Assembly: GCA_963737655.1 (NCBI GenBank)
Contig: CAVTTN010000002.1
Location: forward strand, 672,001-736,000
Reading direction: 5' to 3'
DNA: 64,000 bases
DNA from: an uncultured Planctomycetota bacterium
Lineage (GTDB): Bacteria; Planctomycetota; Planctomycetia; Isosphaerales; Isosphaeraceae
This document shows positions 30,410-41,237 of the stretch, piece by piece. Position 1 is the stretch's first letter; each line of letters begins with the position of its first letter. The notes below the pieces were generated by a model. That model ran no database searches. It saw only the letters and a program-made list of their open reading frames with translations, and was not told the origin of the DNA. The translations under genes were made by a program, and so were the position numbers.

Positions 30410-31761
30410 CGGGTGAAGAACACCTTCGGCACGACGTTCACGACATACGGCGAGATCAGCGCCGCGTTGACCTGGAGCGACGAGCCGCCCCCGGCCGCGT
30501 TGTTCAGCGACTGGATGGGCGTCTTGGCGCGGACCGGCGTGGCGATCTGCACGACCAGCTCGCGATAGTTCGCCAGCTCGTGATCGCTGGTCGGCTGGCC
30601 CTTCTTCACGACCCGATACCAGTAGCACCTCTGCGCCGGGTAGTACTTCGCCTGCTGGCTGGCCGTGCCCACCCCCGGGTAGAACCTCGAGAACTCGGTG
30701 CCGTTGAACCGCTCGTAGGTGACGTCGGCGATCCAGCCGCCCACGCGGACGACCGGGTCCGGCTGGCTCTTGTGCCAGCGGAGGAGCACCGTGGTCTCGT
30801 TCGTGCTGTAGAAGCCCGAGTCGTTCGGGATCGAGCCGTAGGCGAAGATCGCCTCGACCACCGTCTCCCCGGCGGCCAGGGTGACCGAGCCTCCCTGGCC
30901 CGAGAGCGGATTGGCCGGATACGTGTCGAAGGCGAACGGGCGGTTGTGGAAGATCACCATGTCGCCGTCGAAGACCGTGCCGTTGAGGACGTCGGTCTGC
31001 CTCCCCGTCCACATCCAGGTGTAGGCATAATCGAAGAGGGTGGAGCCGGTGCTCAGGTCGTTGACGACCGGGCTGCCCCGGCCCTGGAGGACGCTCGGCG
31101 TGCCGTCGGTCTGCATCACGGCGTCGTCGTTCGAGGCGAAGACCACGGCGGGATCGACCGAGATCAGGCCGGTGGCGATCTGGTCCTGCAACGGGAAGTT
31201 CGTCAGGCGGCGGAGGCCGTGGCCGCTGGGCGTCCCGCCGTCGGGGTCCGACCTCAAGAGGCCGATCCCCGAGGCGAACCGGACGTCGCCGAAGTTCCTC
31301 GGCGTGAACGGGGTCGAGGCGCCGGAGCCCCCGGTGGCCAGGTAGTTCTGATACCACCACATCGGGTCGTAGCAGACCGGGACGCCGGCCCCGCCGGTCA
31401 GCCCGGTGTAGTTCGAGTTCCGGCCGAGCCGGTCGATTCCCGAGCTGATAATCGTGGACGGCGACCCGGTGTCATATTCGCCCGAGGCCGGGTCCTGGGT
31501 GAACGGGTCGTAGCCGAAGTAACCGTTGGCCGTGAAGCTCGGCTTGAACAGGAGGTTGCGCGACGCCATCTCGTCGGCGGCGCTCTCGAACAAAAGGCTC
31601 GACCGCGAGGACCGATTGGCCTGGCGGAGCCTCTCCAGCCCGAGAGGGAACAGGGTGGCCAGCGAGAGCATGCCGACCCCCATGATCAGGATCGAGATCA
31701 GGATCTCGGTCAGGGTGATCCCCCGGCGGCCGGGGCCGAGTTGGACCGGTCGCGTGGTCAT
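30406..31761 (-). CDS. Prepilin-type protein (PilV/GspI-like)
   Basis: RRG-ITLTEILISILIMGVGMLSL. Confidence 0.85.
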   Translation of the reverse strand: MTTRPVQLGPGRRGITLTEILISILIMGVGMLSLATLFPLGLERLRQANRSSRSSLLFESAADEMASRNLLFKPSFTANGYFGYDPFTQDPASGEYDTGSPSTIISSGIDRLGRNSNYTGLTGGAGVPVCYDPMWWYQNYLATGGSGASTPFTPRNFGDVRFASGIGLLRSDPDGGTPSGHGLRRLTNFPLQDQIATGLISVDPAVVFASNDDAVMQTDGTPSVLQGRGSPVVNDLSTGSTLFDYAYTWMWTGRQTDVLNGTVFDGDMVIFHNRPFAFDTYPANPLSGQGGSVTLAAGETVVEAIFAYGSIPNDSGFYSTNETTVLLRWHKSQPDPVVRVGGWIADVTYERFNGTEFSRFYPGVGTASQQAKYYPAQRCYWYRVVKKGQPTSDHELANYRELVVQIATPVRAKTPIQSLNNAAGGGSSLQVNAALISPYVVNVVPKVFFTR

Positions 31762-33377
31762 GGCAGGTCGTCCCTCTTGCCGCGCTCGGCGGCCTCGTAG
31801 GGGTATTCGATGTTATCGACGTACATCGTCTCGACCAGGGTGCTGGTGATCGCCCCGGTCCGGGTGTTCAACGACAGCAGGCGCCGCTCGCCCCTCAGGA
31901 CCGGATAGCTCGCCGGGTACGTCAGCGAGCCGCCCCCGGCCGGGTCCGAACCCGACCCCTTGAGCATCGGCAGCTGGAACGCGTAGCCCTGGGGGACGCT
32001 CGGCGAGTACACGTCCTCGCGATCGGTGATCCAGAAGTGATAGAACGGCAGATTGATCGGCGGGCCGGCGTTGGTGCTGGCCGAGAGCTGCGCGACCTGG
32101 CCGTTGGGCGAGATCATCACGTCCACCGAATGCGAGTAGATGTCGTACGGCAGCTTCGACCGCTCGGAGGTCTGCGGGGCGTTGACGTTCAGGGTGGTCA
32201 GGTCGATCACCGTCCCGGCCGGGAGGTCCAGGGCCCGGGCCCCCTCGCTCGGAACCGGCCTCCGGGCCACGGTGTAGCCGAGCTGGACGATGCCTTGCCT
32301 GGTCGTGATGAACTTCTCCTGCTCGAACTCCCCGGAGATGTTCGAGCCGATGGTGACCATCCCTCCTCCGCCGTCGGGCAGGCCGAACGGGTTGCCCGGG
32401 TAGACGTACCGGGGCATCCCCCCGGGGCCGTTGTCGTGGAGGTAGAGCTCCTTCTGGTCGTCGATGAACCCATCGTTGTCGTCGTCGATCCCGTTGAACC
32501 CGGGGTCGATGATGCCGTCGCCGTCGTTGTCGATCCCGTCGAACCCCTCGTCGATGAAGCCGTCGCCGTCGTCGTCGACCCCATTCATGAGGAACAGGAA
32601 CTCGAAGGAGACCTGGTAGGGGTCGGGCGTCACGACGTAGCCGTTGCCGAAGGAGATCATCCGCTCGGGGTTCGCCGCCGGGCTGCCCGGGGTGGAGACC
32701 GACGACCCGGGCGTGACGGCCACGCCCGGGTTGACGATCGGCCCGGCGATCGTGTAGGGGCGGCCGGAGTCGCTCAGGCGGAGCTTGTCCCCCTGGCGGA
32801 GGTTGAAGAACCAGGCCGTCGGCGGGTTCGGCAGGTAGACCGTCGTCGTGCCCATGCCGGTGGGGATCACCACGGTCGTGGTCTTGACCTGGCGGAGGAC
32901 CAGGTACGGATAATTCGCCGGGTGGGTCTCGGTCTGGTTGTATTGCGGCAGGCTGATCGGCGGCCGATAGTCCTGGGGGGGCGGGGGCGAGCCCGTCCCG
33001 GGATAGGCGATCCAGTTGGCCGGGATGTCGAAATACTGCGCGATCACGCCGTCGCTGTATTCCGGGCCGGGCTCGATCTCGATCAGGCGGCTGCAGGTGG
33101 CGGCCCCCGGCTGGGTCGGATCGACCGGGTCGATCAGCAGGCGGATGCCGTGCGGCTGGTTGGTCCTCACGGCGTTGTCTCGCGACCTCGACAGCGACGC
33201 CTGGAGGAGCCGAGACGCCTCGCTGACCCTCCGGGAGTGGTACGCCGGCAGGATCGCCGCGAGCGTCGTCGCGGCCAGGAGCACCACGATCAACATCACG
33301 ACGAGCAGCTCGACGAGCGTGAACCCGGCGCGGGCCGGGGCGGGACGGGAGGCCGTCCGTCGGGTCCTCGGGCTCAT
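31758..33377 (-). CDS. Prepilin-type protein (FimT/GspH-like) with DxDxDG repeats
   Basis: MSPRTRR...AG-FTLVELLVV; three GxDxDxDGxID repeats. Confidence 0.85.
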   Translation of the reverse strand: MSPRTRRTASRPAPARAGFTLVELLVVMLIVVLLAATTLAAILPAYHSRRVSEASRLLQASLSRSRDNAVRTNQPHGIRLLIDPVDPTQPGAATCSRLIEIEPGPEYSDGVIAQYFDIPANWIAYPGTGSPPPPQDYRPPISLPQYNQTETHPANYPYLVLRQVKTTTVVIPTGMGTTTVYLPNPPTAWFFNLRQGDKLRLSDSGRPYTIAGPIVNPGVAVTPGSSVSTPGSPAANPERMISFGNGYVVTPDPYQVSFEFLFLMNGVDDDGDGFIDEGFDGIDNDGDGIIDPGFNGIDDDNDGFIDDQKELYLHDNGPGGMPRYVYPGNPFGLPDGGGGMVTIGSNISGEFEQEKFITTRQGIVQLGYTVARRPVPSEGARALDLPAGTVIDLTTLNVNAPQTSERSKLPYDIYSHSVDVMISPNGQVAQLSASTNAGPPINLPFYHFWITDREDVYSPSVPQGYAFQLPMLKGSGSDPAGGGSLTYPASYPVLRGERRLLSLNTRTGAITSTLVETMYVDNIEYPYEAAERGKRDDLP

Positions 33378-34994
33378 TGGATCACTCCGGGTCGGGCGTT
33401 GGTGTTCTGGTTGTCGATGTCGTCGTCGCCGGGCGAGGTGTGGTTGCTCACCGTCGGGTCGGCCGCGAGGTCCGGGTCCCACAGCGCGGCCCGCCCCTCG
33501 GAGGGCATCGCCGAGGTGCTCGGGAAGAACACGTTGGGCTGGCCCGCCAGGATCGCCGCCGAGGTCTGCTCGGCCGTCTGGCCGGCGATCGTCGGGTCGG
33601 TCAGCAGGAAGTAGCCCGGAATCCGGTCGGGCCCCGACGAGGTGATCAGGAACTTGCAGAAGAAGGCCCGCTCGGCGTAGAACGCGCTCGCGGTCGGGTT
33701 GCTCGATCGCTCCCACAACTGCCCCTGGACGGGCGACGGGGCCGTCGGGTCGGACAGCGTGACGGCGTAGAAGTCCTCGGAGAGCCCGGTGAAGTACGAC
33801 TGGACCGACTGGGCCTTCGCCGACATCGCCGGGGCGTTCGACGGGTCGCCCCACCAGGACAGCGAGGTCAACTGCCGATTCGGGTCCAGCGAGTTGGTCT
33901 GCCTGGTCTCGCTCATCCCGGAGTAGAAGTCCACGCCCTGCTGCAAGGGGGAGGAGTGATAGATCGGCCATCGGAAGAACTGGAGCGGCTCGCCCCAGCC
34001 GTCCACGAACTCGGGGACGCCGTCGTTATCGGTGTCCTTGACCTCGTTGCCCGTGAAGTCCTCCCGGCTGAAGGTGCTCCCCAGCGGCCCCTTGCCGTTG
34101 ACGAGCAGGGCGTAGAGCATCTCCGAGCGCGCGGTCTTGTGCCGGTGGTTCTGGAGGAAGGTGTTGATGTTGGCCACGGCCTGGGGGTTCTGACCCTGGC
34201 TGCCGGAGGCCCCGCTCGGGTTGGCCGTGCCCTCGGCGTAGTCGTCCACGAAGCCGTTGTTGTCGTTGTCCACGCCGTCGTAGCCCAGGGGGGTGTAGCC
34301 GATCAGCTGGAACAGGCTGGCGGCGGCGTTGTAGCTGGCCCCCCGGATGCCCGTGCCCACCCCGCCGATCCCCGCACCGGGGCCGACGTTGTTGTTGCCG
34401 TCGCCGTCGGGGTCGAGGTCCACGGGCGAGTACGGCGGCTGGTGGTTGGCCGGCGTGTAGCCCGGCCCCACGGAGTTGCCCAGGGGCAGGACGTAGCTCG
34501 CCGGAGACCCGGAGAAATCGCCGAGGTTGGACGTGATCGGCGGCCCGGGGTAGGGCAATCCGCAGAAGTCCAGGGGATAGAACCCCTGGGGAGAACCCCC
34601 GGGGCTGAAGTTCGGGTCGATGAAGAAGACGTCGGGCAACTCGGCCTTGATCTGGTCGAGCCGGGCGATCACCTGGGCCCTCTGGTCGCTCTGGAGGCCC
34701 CAGGGCAGGTAAGTCGACCCCGCCGGGAACCCGTTCGGGTTGATCGACGCGAGGAACCGGTGGGACCCGTTGGGCACGACCTGGAGCGACAGGATTGACT
34801 CCAGGCGGTCCTCGACGGCCACGTTCAGCTTGGTGATCAACGACTGGGTCGCCCGGGTCCGGGCCTGCTCCAGCCCCTGGAACGACACCATCAGGACGAA
34901 CGCGATCAGGATGCCGATGATCGCGATCACGATCGAGAGTTCGATCAAGGTGAACCCGGAGGGGCTCAACTCGGCGGTTCGGGGTCGTCCTCAT
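33374..34994 (-). CDS. Prepilin-type protein (start region probably frameshifted)
   Basis: SG-FTLIELSIVIAII; D.D.DG.PE..DGWG.P motif; ATG at 34994 is out of frame by one base with the body. Confidence 0.8.
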
Positions 34995-35089
34995 GGCGTC
35001 GCGTCCCTCTTCGGGGCGGGGTCGGGTGGAACGGGTCGGGTCCGGGGCGATCGATCGATCGATCGACAAACCAGCTCGGCGGGCGGCCG

Positions 35090-36331
35090 TCAATCCAGTC
35101 GAGACTGGCTGAAGCTGGTGATGTTGTCGCTCTCCCGGCTCCGCAGGCCCTGGGGCACGGCGAAGAGGGTGCCGAACGTCGTGAAGTAGTCGGGCAGGGG
35201 CGTCTGCGACCCGGCCTGGTACTGCCCTCCGGCGCCGAAGTAGCGGTCGCCCCCGGCGGAGATGATCTGGAAGCTCGACGCGTTGATGTACGACGCCGGC
35301 TGGTTCGGGTCGAACGCGCTGGCGCCGCTGACCGGGGTGGGCAGGCTGGACGTGTACGGGTTGGGCGCCGGCGAATACGTGGTGGCGTTCGGCGTGCTGG
35401 CCGGGACCAGCGGCGAGCCGATCCGGAAGTACGTGCCGACGGTGTTCCCCGAGTCGTCGAGCTCGGCCCCGTTGCAGTCGTTCGGGTCGTAGCCCACGCC
35501 GGGGTAGGCGGCGAAGTAGGCGTAGAACCGGGAGTCGGCCCCGGTTCCCTGGGTGTCGATGTAGCCCGGGATGCCGTCGCCGTCGTCGTCGAGCAGCCGG
35601 TTGGGCTGGAACTCGTACAGCGGGTTGGTCCGGTTGGTCGAGGCGATGGCATTGGTGAAGACGAACTGCGGGTGCCGCCCGAAGCCCGACATCCCGTAGC
35701 TGATCGAGCCGTCGGCGTTGGCCGTCGGGCTCGGGATGCCGCCGAGGAAGAACACCAGGCACTCATATCCTTCCAGAAGGATGAAGCCCGGATCCTGGTT
35801 GGCGTTGCCGTTGTAGTCCGGCCAGTAGGTCGTCGTCCCGTTGACGACCACGGGCCCGAGGAACCCCCTCGGGAAGTACCGCCTCAGGGCCCGGAGCGAG
35901 CGATTGGCCAGCTCGCCGAACGAGATGTCCGGCGTCCCGAAGTTCGTCGCCGGGAGGGAGCCGGTGGTCCCCCCGCCGAGATACCAGCTGCTCACCCCGG
36001 AGAGGCTCGTGGAGAAGTCGCCGGAGACCGGGATGTTCACCCCTCCGTTGCTGATCGTCACGCTGGACTGGGCGCTGTAGTTGCCCGTCTCGCTCAGGAC
36101 CACGCGGCTGGGCGGGTACTCGCCATAGGTGTTCTTGAACGAGGCCAGGCCCGAGGCGAGCGTCTGGATGTCGGCGCTGATCCTCGCCTCGTTCGCCTTG
36201 CGGATCGCGCCGACGATCACCGGCAGGAGCAGGGCGACGAGGATGCCGATGATCACGATCACGACCATCAGCTCCACCAGGGTGAAGCCGGGCCGGCGGC
36301 GGCGGGGGATTCTCCGTCTCGAGAGCTGCAT
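35090..36331 (-). CDS. Prepilin-type protein (GspG/major pilin-like, extended)
   Basis: RRRPG-FTLVELMVVIVIIGIL; YGEYPP; FQIISAG.D..FG; C-terminal DNITSF. Confidence 0.88.
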   Translation of the reverse strand: MQLSRRRIPRRRRPGFTLVELMVVIVIIGILVALLLPVIVGAIRKANEARISADIQTLASGLASFKNTYGEYPPSRVVLSETGNYSAQSSVTISNGGVNIPVSGDFSTSLSGVSSWYLGGGTTGSLPATNFGTPDISFGELANRSLRALRRYFPRGFLGPVVVNGTTTYWPDYNGNANQDPGFILLEGYECLVFFLGGIPSPTANADGSISYGMSGFGRHPQFVFTNAIASTNRTNPLYEFQPNRLLDDDGDGIPGYIDTQGTGADSRFYAYFAAYPGVGYDPNDCNGAELDDSGNTVGTYFRIGSPLVPASTPNATTYSPAPNPYTSSLPTPVSGASAFDPNQPASYINASSFQIISAGGDRYFGAGGQYQAGSQTPLPDYFTTFGTLFAVPQGLRSRESDNITSFSQSRLD

Positions 36332-36490
36332 CGGCCGGGCCTCCTGAGCGAGCGGGTCGATCGGTCGGATACGCATTCGGGGAACTTGACTTCAGGGCGC
36401 ACCGGGGGCGGGGGCCGACATCGGCGGCCCTCACGCCCGGACGAGACGAGAGGATCGTTCACGCGAACATTTTCGCGATCGGGCCCGCGA

Positions 36491-37753
36491 TCAGCCCGAA
36501 AGCTTGCTGATGAGCTGGATCAAGGGCAGGAACAGGGCGATGACGATGAACCCGATGATCCCGCCGAGGACGACGATCATGATCGGCTCCAGCAGGCTCA
36601 CGAGCGAGTCCACCAGCACCTCCACCTCTTCCTCGTAGTTGTCGGCGATCTTGTTGAGCATGGTGTCCAAATCGCCGGTTTCCTCGCCGACGTCGATCAT
36701 GTTCACGACGATGTCATCGACGATCCGCGACTCCCGGAGCGGCTGGGCGATCGTCTCGCCCTCGCGGATGCTCTCGTAGATCCTCTGGAACGCCCTCTCG
36801 AACACCGCGTTGCCGGCGGTGTCCTTGACGATGTTCAGCGACTCCAGGATCGGCACGCCCGACTGCACGAGCGTCCCCAGGGTCCTCATCGTCCGGGCCA
36901 CGGTGGACTTCTCGACGATCGTCCCCATGACCGGGATGAACAGCATCAATTTATCTAAAATATACGCGCCCGTCTTGTTCCGATACATGAGCTTGATGAA
37001 GACCCAGATCAGGAACGGGATCAGGATCACCAGCCAGAACTTCTGGACGACGACGTGGCTGGCCTTGATCAGGAAGATGGTCATCCCCGGCAGGTCCACG
37101 CCGAAGTCGGCGAAGATGGCCTCGAACTTGGGGATGATGAAGTAGAGGATGAAGCCGACGATCACCACGGCGACGAGGATCACGACGATCGGGTAGACCA
37201 TCGCGCCCTTGACGCGTCGCTTGAGGGTCTGGGCCTTCTCCTTGAAGTCGGCGAGCCTCTGGAGGATGGCCTCCAGGGCGCCGCCGGCCTCGCCGGCCTT
37301 GATCATGTTGCAGTAGAGCTTGTCGAACGCCTTGGGGTGCTTGGCGAAGGCTTCGGACAGGGTGGAGCCGCTCTCGATGTCCTCGACGACGTCCGCCAGC
37401 GAGTTCTTCAGGACGCCCGGCTTGCACTGGCCCTCGAGGATCTTGAGGCTCCGCAGCAGGGGCAGGCCGGCGTCCTGCAAGGTCGAGAGCTGGCGGGTGA
37501 ACAGGCACAATTGCTTGTTCGAGATCTTGCCGATCGTGAACGCCTTCTTCTTCTTCCGGCCGCCGGCCCCCTTCTTCGCCTGGGCGGGCCCCTTCTTCCC
37601 CTTGCCCGACTTGGCCGTCCGTTCGGCGATCTTCGTGACGAAGAACCCCTTCTGACGGATCAGTTGCTGGGCCTCCTCCTGGGTGGAGGCGTCGATGGTG
37701 TCCTTCACTTCCTTGCCGGTGTGGTCCATCGCCTCGAACTGAAACGTCGGCAT
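36491..37753 (-). CDS. pilC: Type IV pilus / T2SS inner-membrane platform protein (PilC/GspF)
   Basis: FTRQLSTLQDAGLP; AGEAGG; GEETGDLD.ML; LLEP; three TM segments. Confidence 0.93.
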   Translation of the reverse strand: MPTFQFEAMDHTGKEVKDTIDASTQEEAQQLIRQKGFFVTKIAERTAKSGKGKKGPAQAKKGAGGRKKKKAFTIGKISNKQLCLFTRQLSTLQDAGLPLLRSLKILEGQCKPGVLKNSLADVVEDIESGSTLSEAFAKHPKAFDKLYCNMIKAGEAGGALEAILQRLADFKEKAQTLKRRVKGAMVYPIVVILVAVVIVGFILYFIIPKFEAIFADFGVDLPGMTIFLIKASHVVVQKFWLVILIPFLIWVFIKLMYRNKTGAYILDKLMLFIPVMGTIVEKSTVARTMRTLGTLVQSGVPILESLNIVKDTAGNAVFERAFQRIYESIREGETIAQPLRESRIVDDIVVNMIDVGEETGDLDTMLNKIADNYEEEVEVLVDSLVSLLEPIMIVVLGGIIGFIVIALFLPLIQLISKLSG

Positions 37754-37773
37754 CGGCTCGCTCCTTCGGAGCT

Positions 37774-37933
37774 TTCAGTGGTCAGTTGTCAGTTGTCAGT
37801 GGGGGAGTTGTCGGTTGTTCGTCGTCAGGAGGTCGCGCCCACATCGACGGGCCTTGGGTCTTGCCGGTCGCCCGGGGCCGAGAGCGTCGCCAGCCGTCAG
37901 CGTCTGACTGACAACTGAAAACTGACCACTGAA
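37774..37933. repeat. 27-bp inverted repeat built from heptamers
   Basis: TTCAGTGGTCAGTTGTCAGTTGTCAGT (37774-37800) versus ACTGACAACTGAAAACTGACCACTGAA (37907-37933), 1 mismatch. Confidence 0.8.
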
Positions 37934-37936
37934 CAC

Positions 37937-39658
37937 TCAAGCATCATCCAGCATGGTCTCGCGGACGATCTCCTCGATCGAGGTCAGGCCCGAGTGGATG
38001 CCCTCGAGGCCGGACTCGCGGAGGGTCTTCATCCCGAACTTGCGGCAGGACTCGCGGAACTCGTCGAGCGAGGCCTCGGCGACGACCATCTCGCGGAGCT
38101 TGTCGTTCATCACGATCAGCTCGAAGATGCCCATCCGGCCCTTGTAGCCGGTGTTGTTGCACTTCTCGCAGCCCCGGCCGTAGAAGAATTTCTTCTGCTG
38201 GGCCTGCTCGTGGGTCATCCCCAGCTCCATCGCGACCTCGGCGCTGGGGGTGAACTCCGTCTTGCAGTTCTGGCAGATCTTCCTCACGAGCCTCTGGGCG
38301 AGCACCGCCTCGACCGTGGCCGTGATCAGGAACGTGGGCACGCCCATGTCGCGGAGCCGGGTGACGGCGCTGGGGGCGTCGTTGGTGTGGAGGGTGGTGA
38401 AGACGATGTGGCCGGTCAGGCTCGCCTGGATCGCGATCTCGGCCGTCTCCAGGTCGCGGGTCTCGCCCACGAGGATCTTGTCCGGGTCCTGCCTCAGGAT
38501 GGCGCGAAGGCAGCTGGCGAACGTGACGCCGATCTCGGGATTGACCGGGATCTGGATCAGCCCCTCGATCTCGTACTCGACGGGCTCCTCGGTCGTGATG
38601 ATCTTCTCGGAGATCTCGTTCAGGAGGTTCAAGGTGGCGTAGAGGGTCGTCGTCTTGCCCGAGGAGGTCGGCCCGGTCACCAGGATCACGCCGTTGGGCT
38701 TGTAGATGACCTCCTTCCACCGCGAGAGGATGTCCTCGGGCATGCCGATCTTGTTCAGGTCGAGGTTCACGACCGTCCGGTCGAGGATCCGCAGGACCAC
38801 GCTCTCGCCGAACAGGGTGGGCAGCGTCGAGACCCGGATGTCCACCGTGTTGCCGCCGATGTTGAGCTGGATCCGGCCGTCCTGCGGCAATCGCCTCTCG
38901 GCGATGTCCAGGTTCGACATGACCTTGATCCGGCTGGAGATCGCCGGGGCGAGGTGCCGGGGGGGCGGGACGAGCTCGTAGAGCACGCCGTCCACCCGAT
39001 ACCGCATCTTGTACTCCTCCTCGAACGGCTCGAAGTGGATGTCCGAGGCCTTGTCCTTGATCGCCAGCAGGAGCACCATGTTCAGGAGCTTGCGGACCGG
39101 CGCGGCCTCGGCCATCTCCTCGATCGCTTCGAGGTCGATCGTGTTCTCGTTGCGGTGGGCGAACGCGGCGAGGCCCTTGTCCTTGACGATCTCCTCGACG
39201 ACGCTCTGGATCGACTCCTGCTTGCCCGCGTAGAGCTGCTCGATCTTCGCCAGGACGTCGCGCTCCGGCGCGATCACCCCCTTGACCTCCACGCCCAGGA
39301 ACGAGCGGAGGCTGTCCAGCGTGGCCGGGTTCTGGGGCTCGGCCATCGCCACCGTCACGCTCTTGTCCTTCTTCGCCACCGCCAGGGGGACCACCTTGAA
39401 CGCCTGGGCCATCGTCTCGTTGACCAGCTCGATCACCTCGGCCGGGATCGCCATGTCGGCGAGCTTCACCACCTTCATCCCCAGCTGGTCGCCGAGCGCC
39501 TTCATCACCTGGTCGTCGTTCACCAGCCCCAGGCGCACCGCCACCTTGCCGATCAGCTCGGTCCCGCCGGTGTTCTTCTGCTCCTCGATGACCTTCCAGA
39601 GGTCATCCTCGGACAGATAGCCCATCTCCACCAGGATCGTTCCGAGCCGACGCGCCAT
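37937..39658 (-). CDS. pilB: Pilus assembly ATPase (PilB/GspE), copy 2
   Basis: ASDIHFEP; RLPQDGR; GPTSSGKTTT; LRQDPD; TGH..FTTLHTND; CxxC...CxxC. Confidence 0.93.
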   Translation of the reverse strand: MARRLGTILVEMGYLSEDDLWKVIEEQKNTGGTELIGKVAVRLGLVNDDQVMKALGDQLGMKVVKLADMAIPAEVIELVNETMAQAFKVVPLAVAKKDKSVTVAMAEPQNPATLDSLRSFLGVEVKGVIAPERDVLAKIEQLYAGKQESIQSVVEEIVKDKGLAAFAHRNENTIDLEAIEEMAEAAPVRKLLNMVLLLAIKDKASDIHFEPFEEEYKMRYRVDGVLYELVPPPRHLAPAISSRIKVMSNLDIAERRLPQDGRIQLNIGGNTVDIRVSTLPTLFGESVVLRILDRTVVNLDLNKIGMPEDILSRWKEVIYKPNGVILVTGPTSSGKTTTLYATLNLLNEISEKIITTEEPVEYEIEGLIQIPVNPEIGVTFASCLRAILRQDPDKILVGETRDLETAEIAIQASLTGHIVFTTLHTNDAPSAVTRLRDMGVPTFLITATVEAVLAQRLVRKICQNCKTEFTPSAEVAMELGMTHEQAQQKKFFYGRGCEKCNNTGYKGRMGIFELIVMNDKLREMVVAEASLDEFRESCRKFGMKTLRESGLEGIHSGLTSIEEIVRETMLDDA

Positions 39659-39793
39659 GATCGCGACCCTTGGTCTGGCCGGGAGAGGGGAAGGGACCGT
39701 CCCGGGAGAATGATCAGATGAGTTCAGGCCAAAACGTGAACAGCCCGCCCCCGGAGCCTACGCGGGCGATCGGCCCGCGTGACGCCCTTGGGG

Positions 39794-40903
39794 TCAATCC
39801 TCCTCCTCGGCCTCGTCGTCGTCCTCGAAGATCCCCTTCTTGGCCAGCTCGATCCGCTCCTTCAGCTCGGCGACCTTGCGGGCCTTGTAGAGGACCTCGT
39901 CCTCCTCCACCAGACCCTGCCTCCAGAGGTTGAAGAGCGAGTCGTCCAGGAGGATCATCCCGTGCTTCCGCCCGGTCTGGATCGAGCTGTCGATCCGGTA
40001 CGTCTTGTTCTCGCGGATCAGGTTGGAGATGGCCGGGGTGACGACGAGCATCTCGTACGCGGCCACCAGCCCCTTGGGCTTCCTCGGCAGCAGCGCCTGG
40101 GCCAGGATGCCGATGATCGCCACCGAGAGCTGGGTGCGGATCTGGTCCTGCTGCTCCTTGGGGAACACGTCGATGATCCGGTTGACCGTCCCCTCGGCCG
40201 AGTTCGTGTGGAGGGTGCCGAAGACGATGTGCCCGGTCTCGGCCGCGGTGATCGCCGCCGAGATCGTCGCCAGGTCCCGCATCTCGCCCACGAGGATGAT
40301 GTCCGGGTCCATCCGCAGGGCCCGCTTGATCGCCTCGGGGAAGTCCGGCACGTCGATCCCGATCTCCCGCTGGTTCACCAGGGACTTCTGGTGCTTGTGG
40401 TAATACTCGATCGGGTCCTCGATGGTGATGATGTGGCGGTCCATGTTGTTGTTGATCCAGTTGATCATGGACGCCAGGCTCGTCGTCTTGCCCGAACCCG
40501 TCGGCCCGGTCACGAGGATGAGCCCCCGGGGCCGCGTGATCAACTGCTCGATGACCGCCGGCAGCCCCAGCTGCTCGAACGTCAGGAATTCGTTGGGAAT
40601 CCTCCGAAGGACCAGCCCGATGTTGCCTCGTTGCTTGAACACCGCCACGCGGAACCGCGCCATGTCCCCGAAGGCGAACCCGAAGTCGGTCCCGCCGACC
40701 TCCTGGAGCTCCTGCTGACAGCGCTCGGGCGTGATGCTCTTCATCAGCGCCGAGGTATCCGCCGGCTCCAGGATCTTGGTCGCCAGGGGCCTCATGTGGC
40801 CGTGGAGCCGCAAGGTCGGCTGCGCGCCCACCGTCAGGTGGAGGTCGCTGGCCTTCTGGGTGACCGTCGTCTGCAACAGCTTGTCGATGAGGAGCGTGCC
40901 CAT
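39794..40903 (-). CDS. pilT: Pilus retraction ATPase
   Basis: ASDLHL; GPTGSGKTT; EDPIEY; ALRMDPD; AAETGH; AISNLIRE (AIRNLIRE-like). Confidence 0.93.
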   Translation of the reverse strand: MGTLLIDKLLQTTVTQKASDLHLTVGAQPTLRLHGHMRPLATKILEPADTSALMKSITPERCQQELQEVGGTDFGFAFGDMARFRVAVFKQRGNIGLVLRRIPNEFLTFEQLGLPAVIEQLITRPRGLILVTGPTGSGKTTSLASMINWINNNMDRHIITIEDPIEYYHKHQKSLVNQREIGIDVPDFPEAIKRALRMDPDIILVGEMRDLATISAAITAAETGHIVFGTLHTNSAEGTVNRIIDVFPKEQQDQIRTQLSVAIIGILAQALLPRKPKGLVAAYEMLVVTPAISNLIRENKTYRIDSSIQTGRKHGMILLDDSLFNLWRQGLVEEDEVLYKARKVAELKERIELAKKGIFEDDDEAEEED

Positions 40904-41237
40904 GAAACTCCCTGTCCCCCGCGAAGGACCCTCGACACGGGAGCCGTCCGGGCCCCATCGTCCGAGGACTTGACTTTGTCTCGCAATCCAGATGTCCGGC
41001 CGAACGCAGCGGGGGAGATTTGAGTTACGACGAGAGGACGAGCGTCCCTGTCGCACTCGCATTATTCGGGCGGACTCTCCGAAGACAAGCGCCTTCTCGC
41101 CCGAACCTGCGCCCCCTCGGGACGTTTCACGCGGGCCGAGGGTCCCCACGGAGGCCCGCGACCCCCCGAGTTCGACCCAAAGACGCACGGGCCGAGGGGC
41201 GCCGGGAAGCCCCTCGGCCCGCGGTTGGGTCGCCGAC

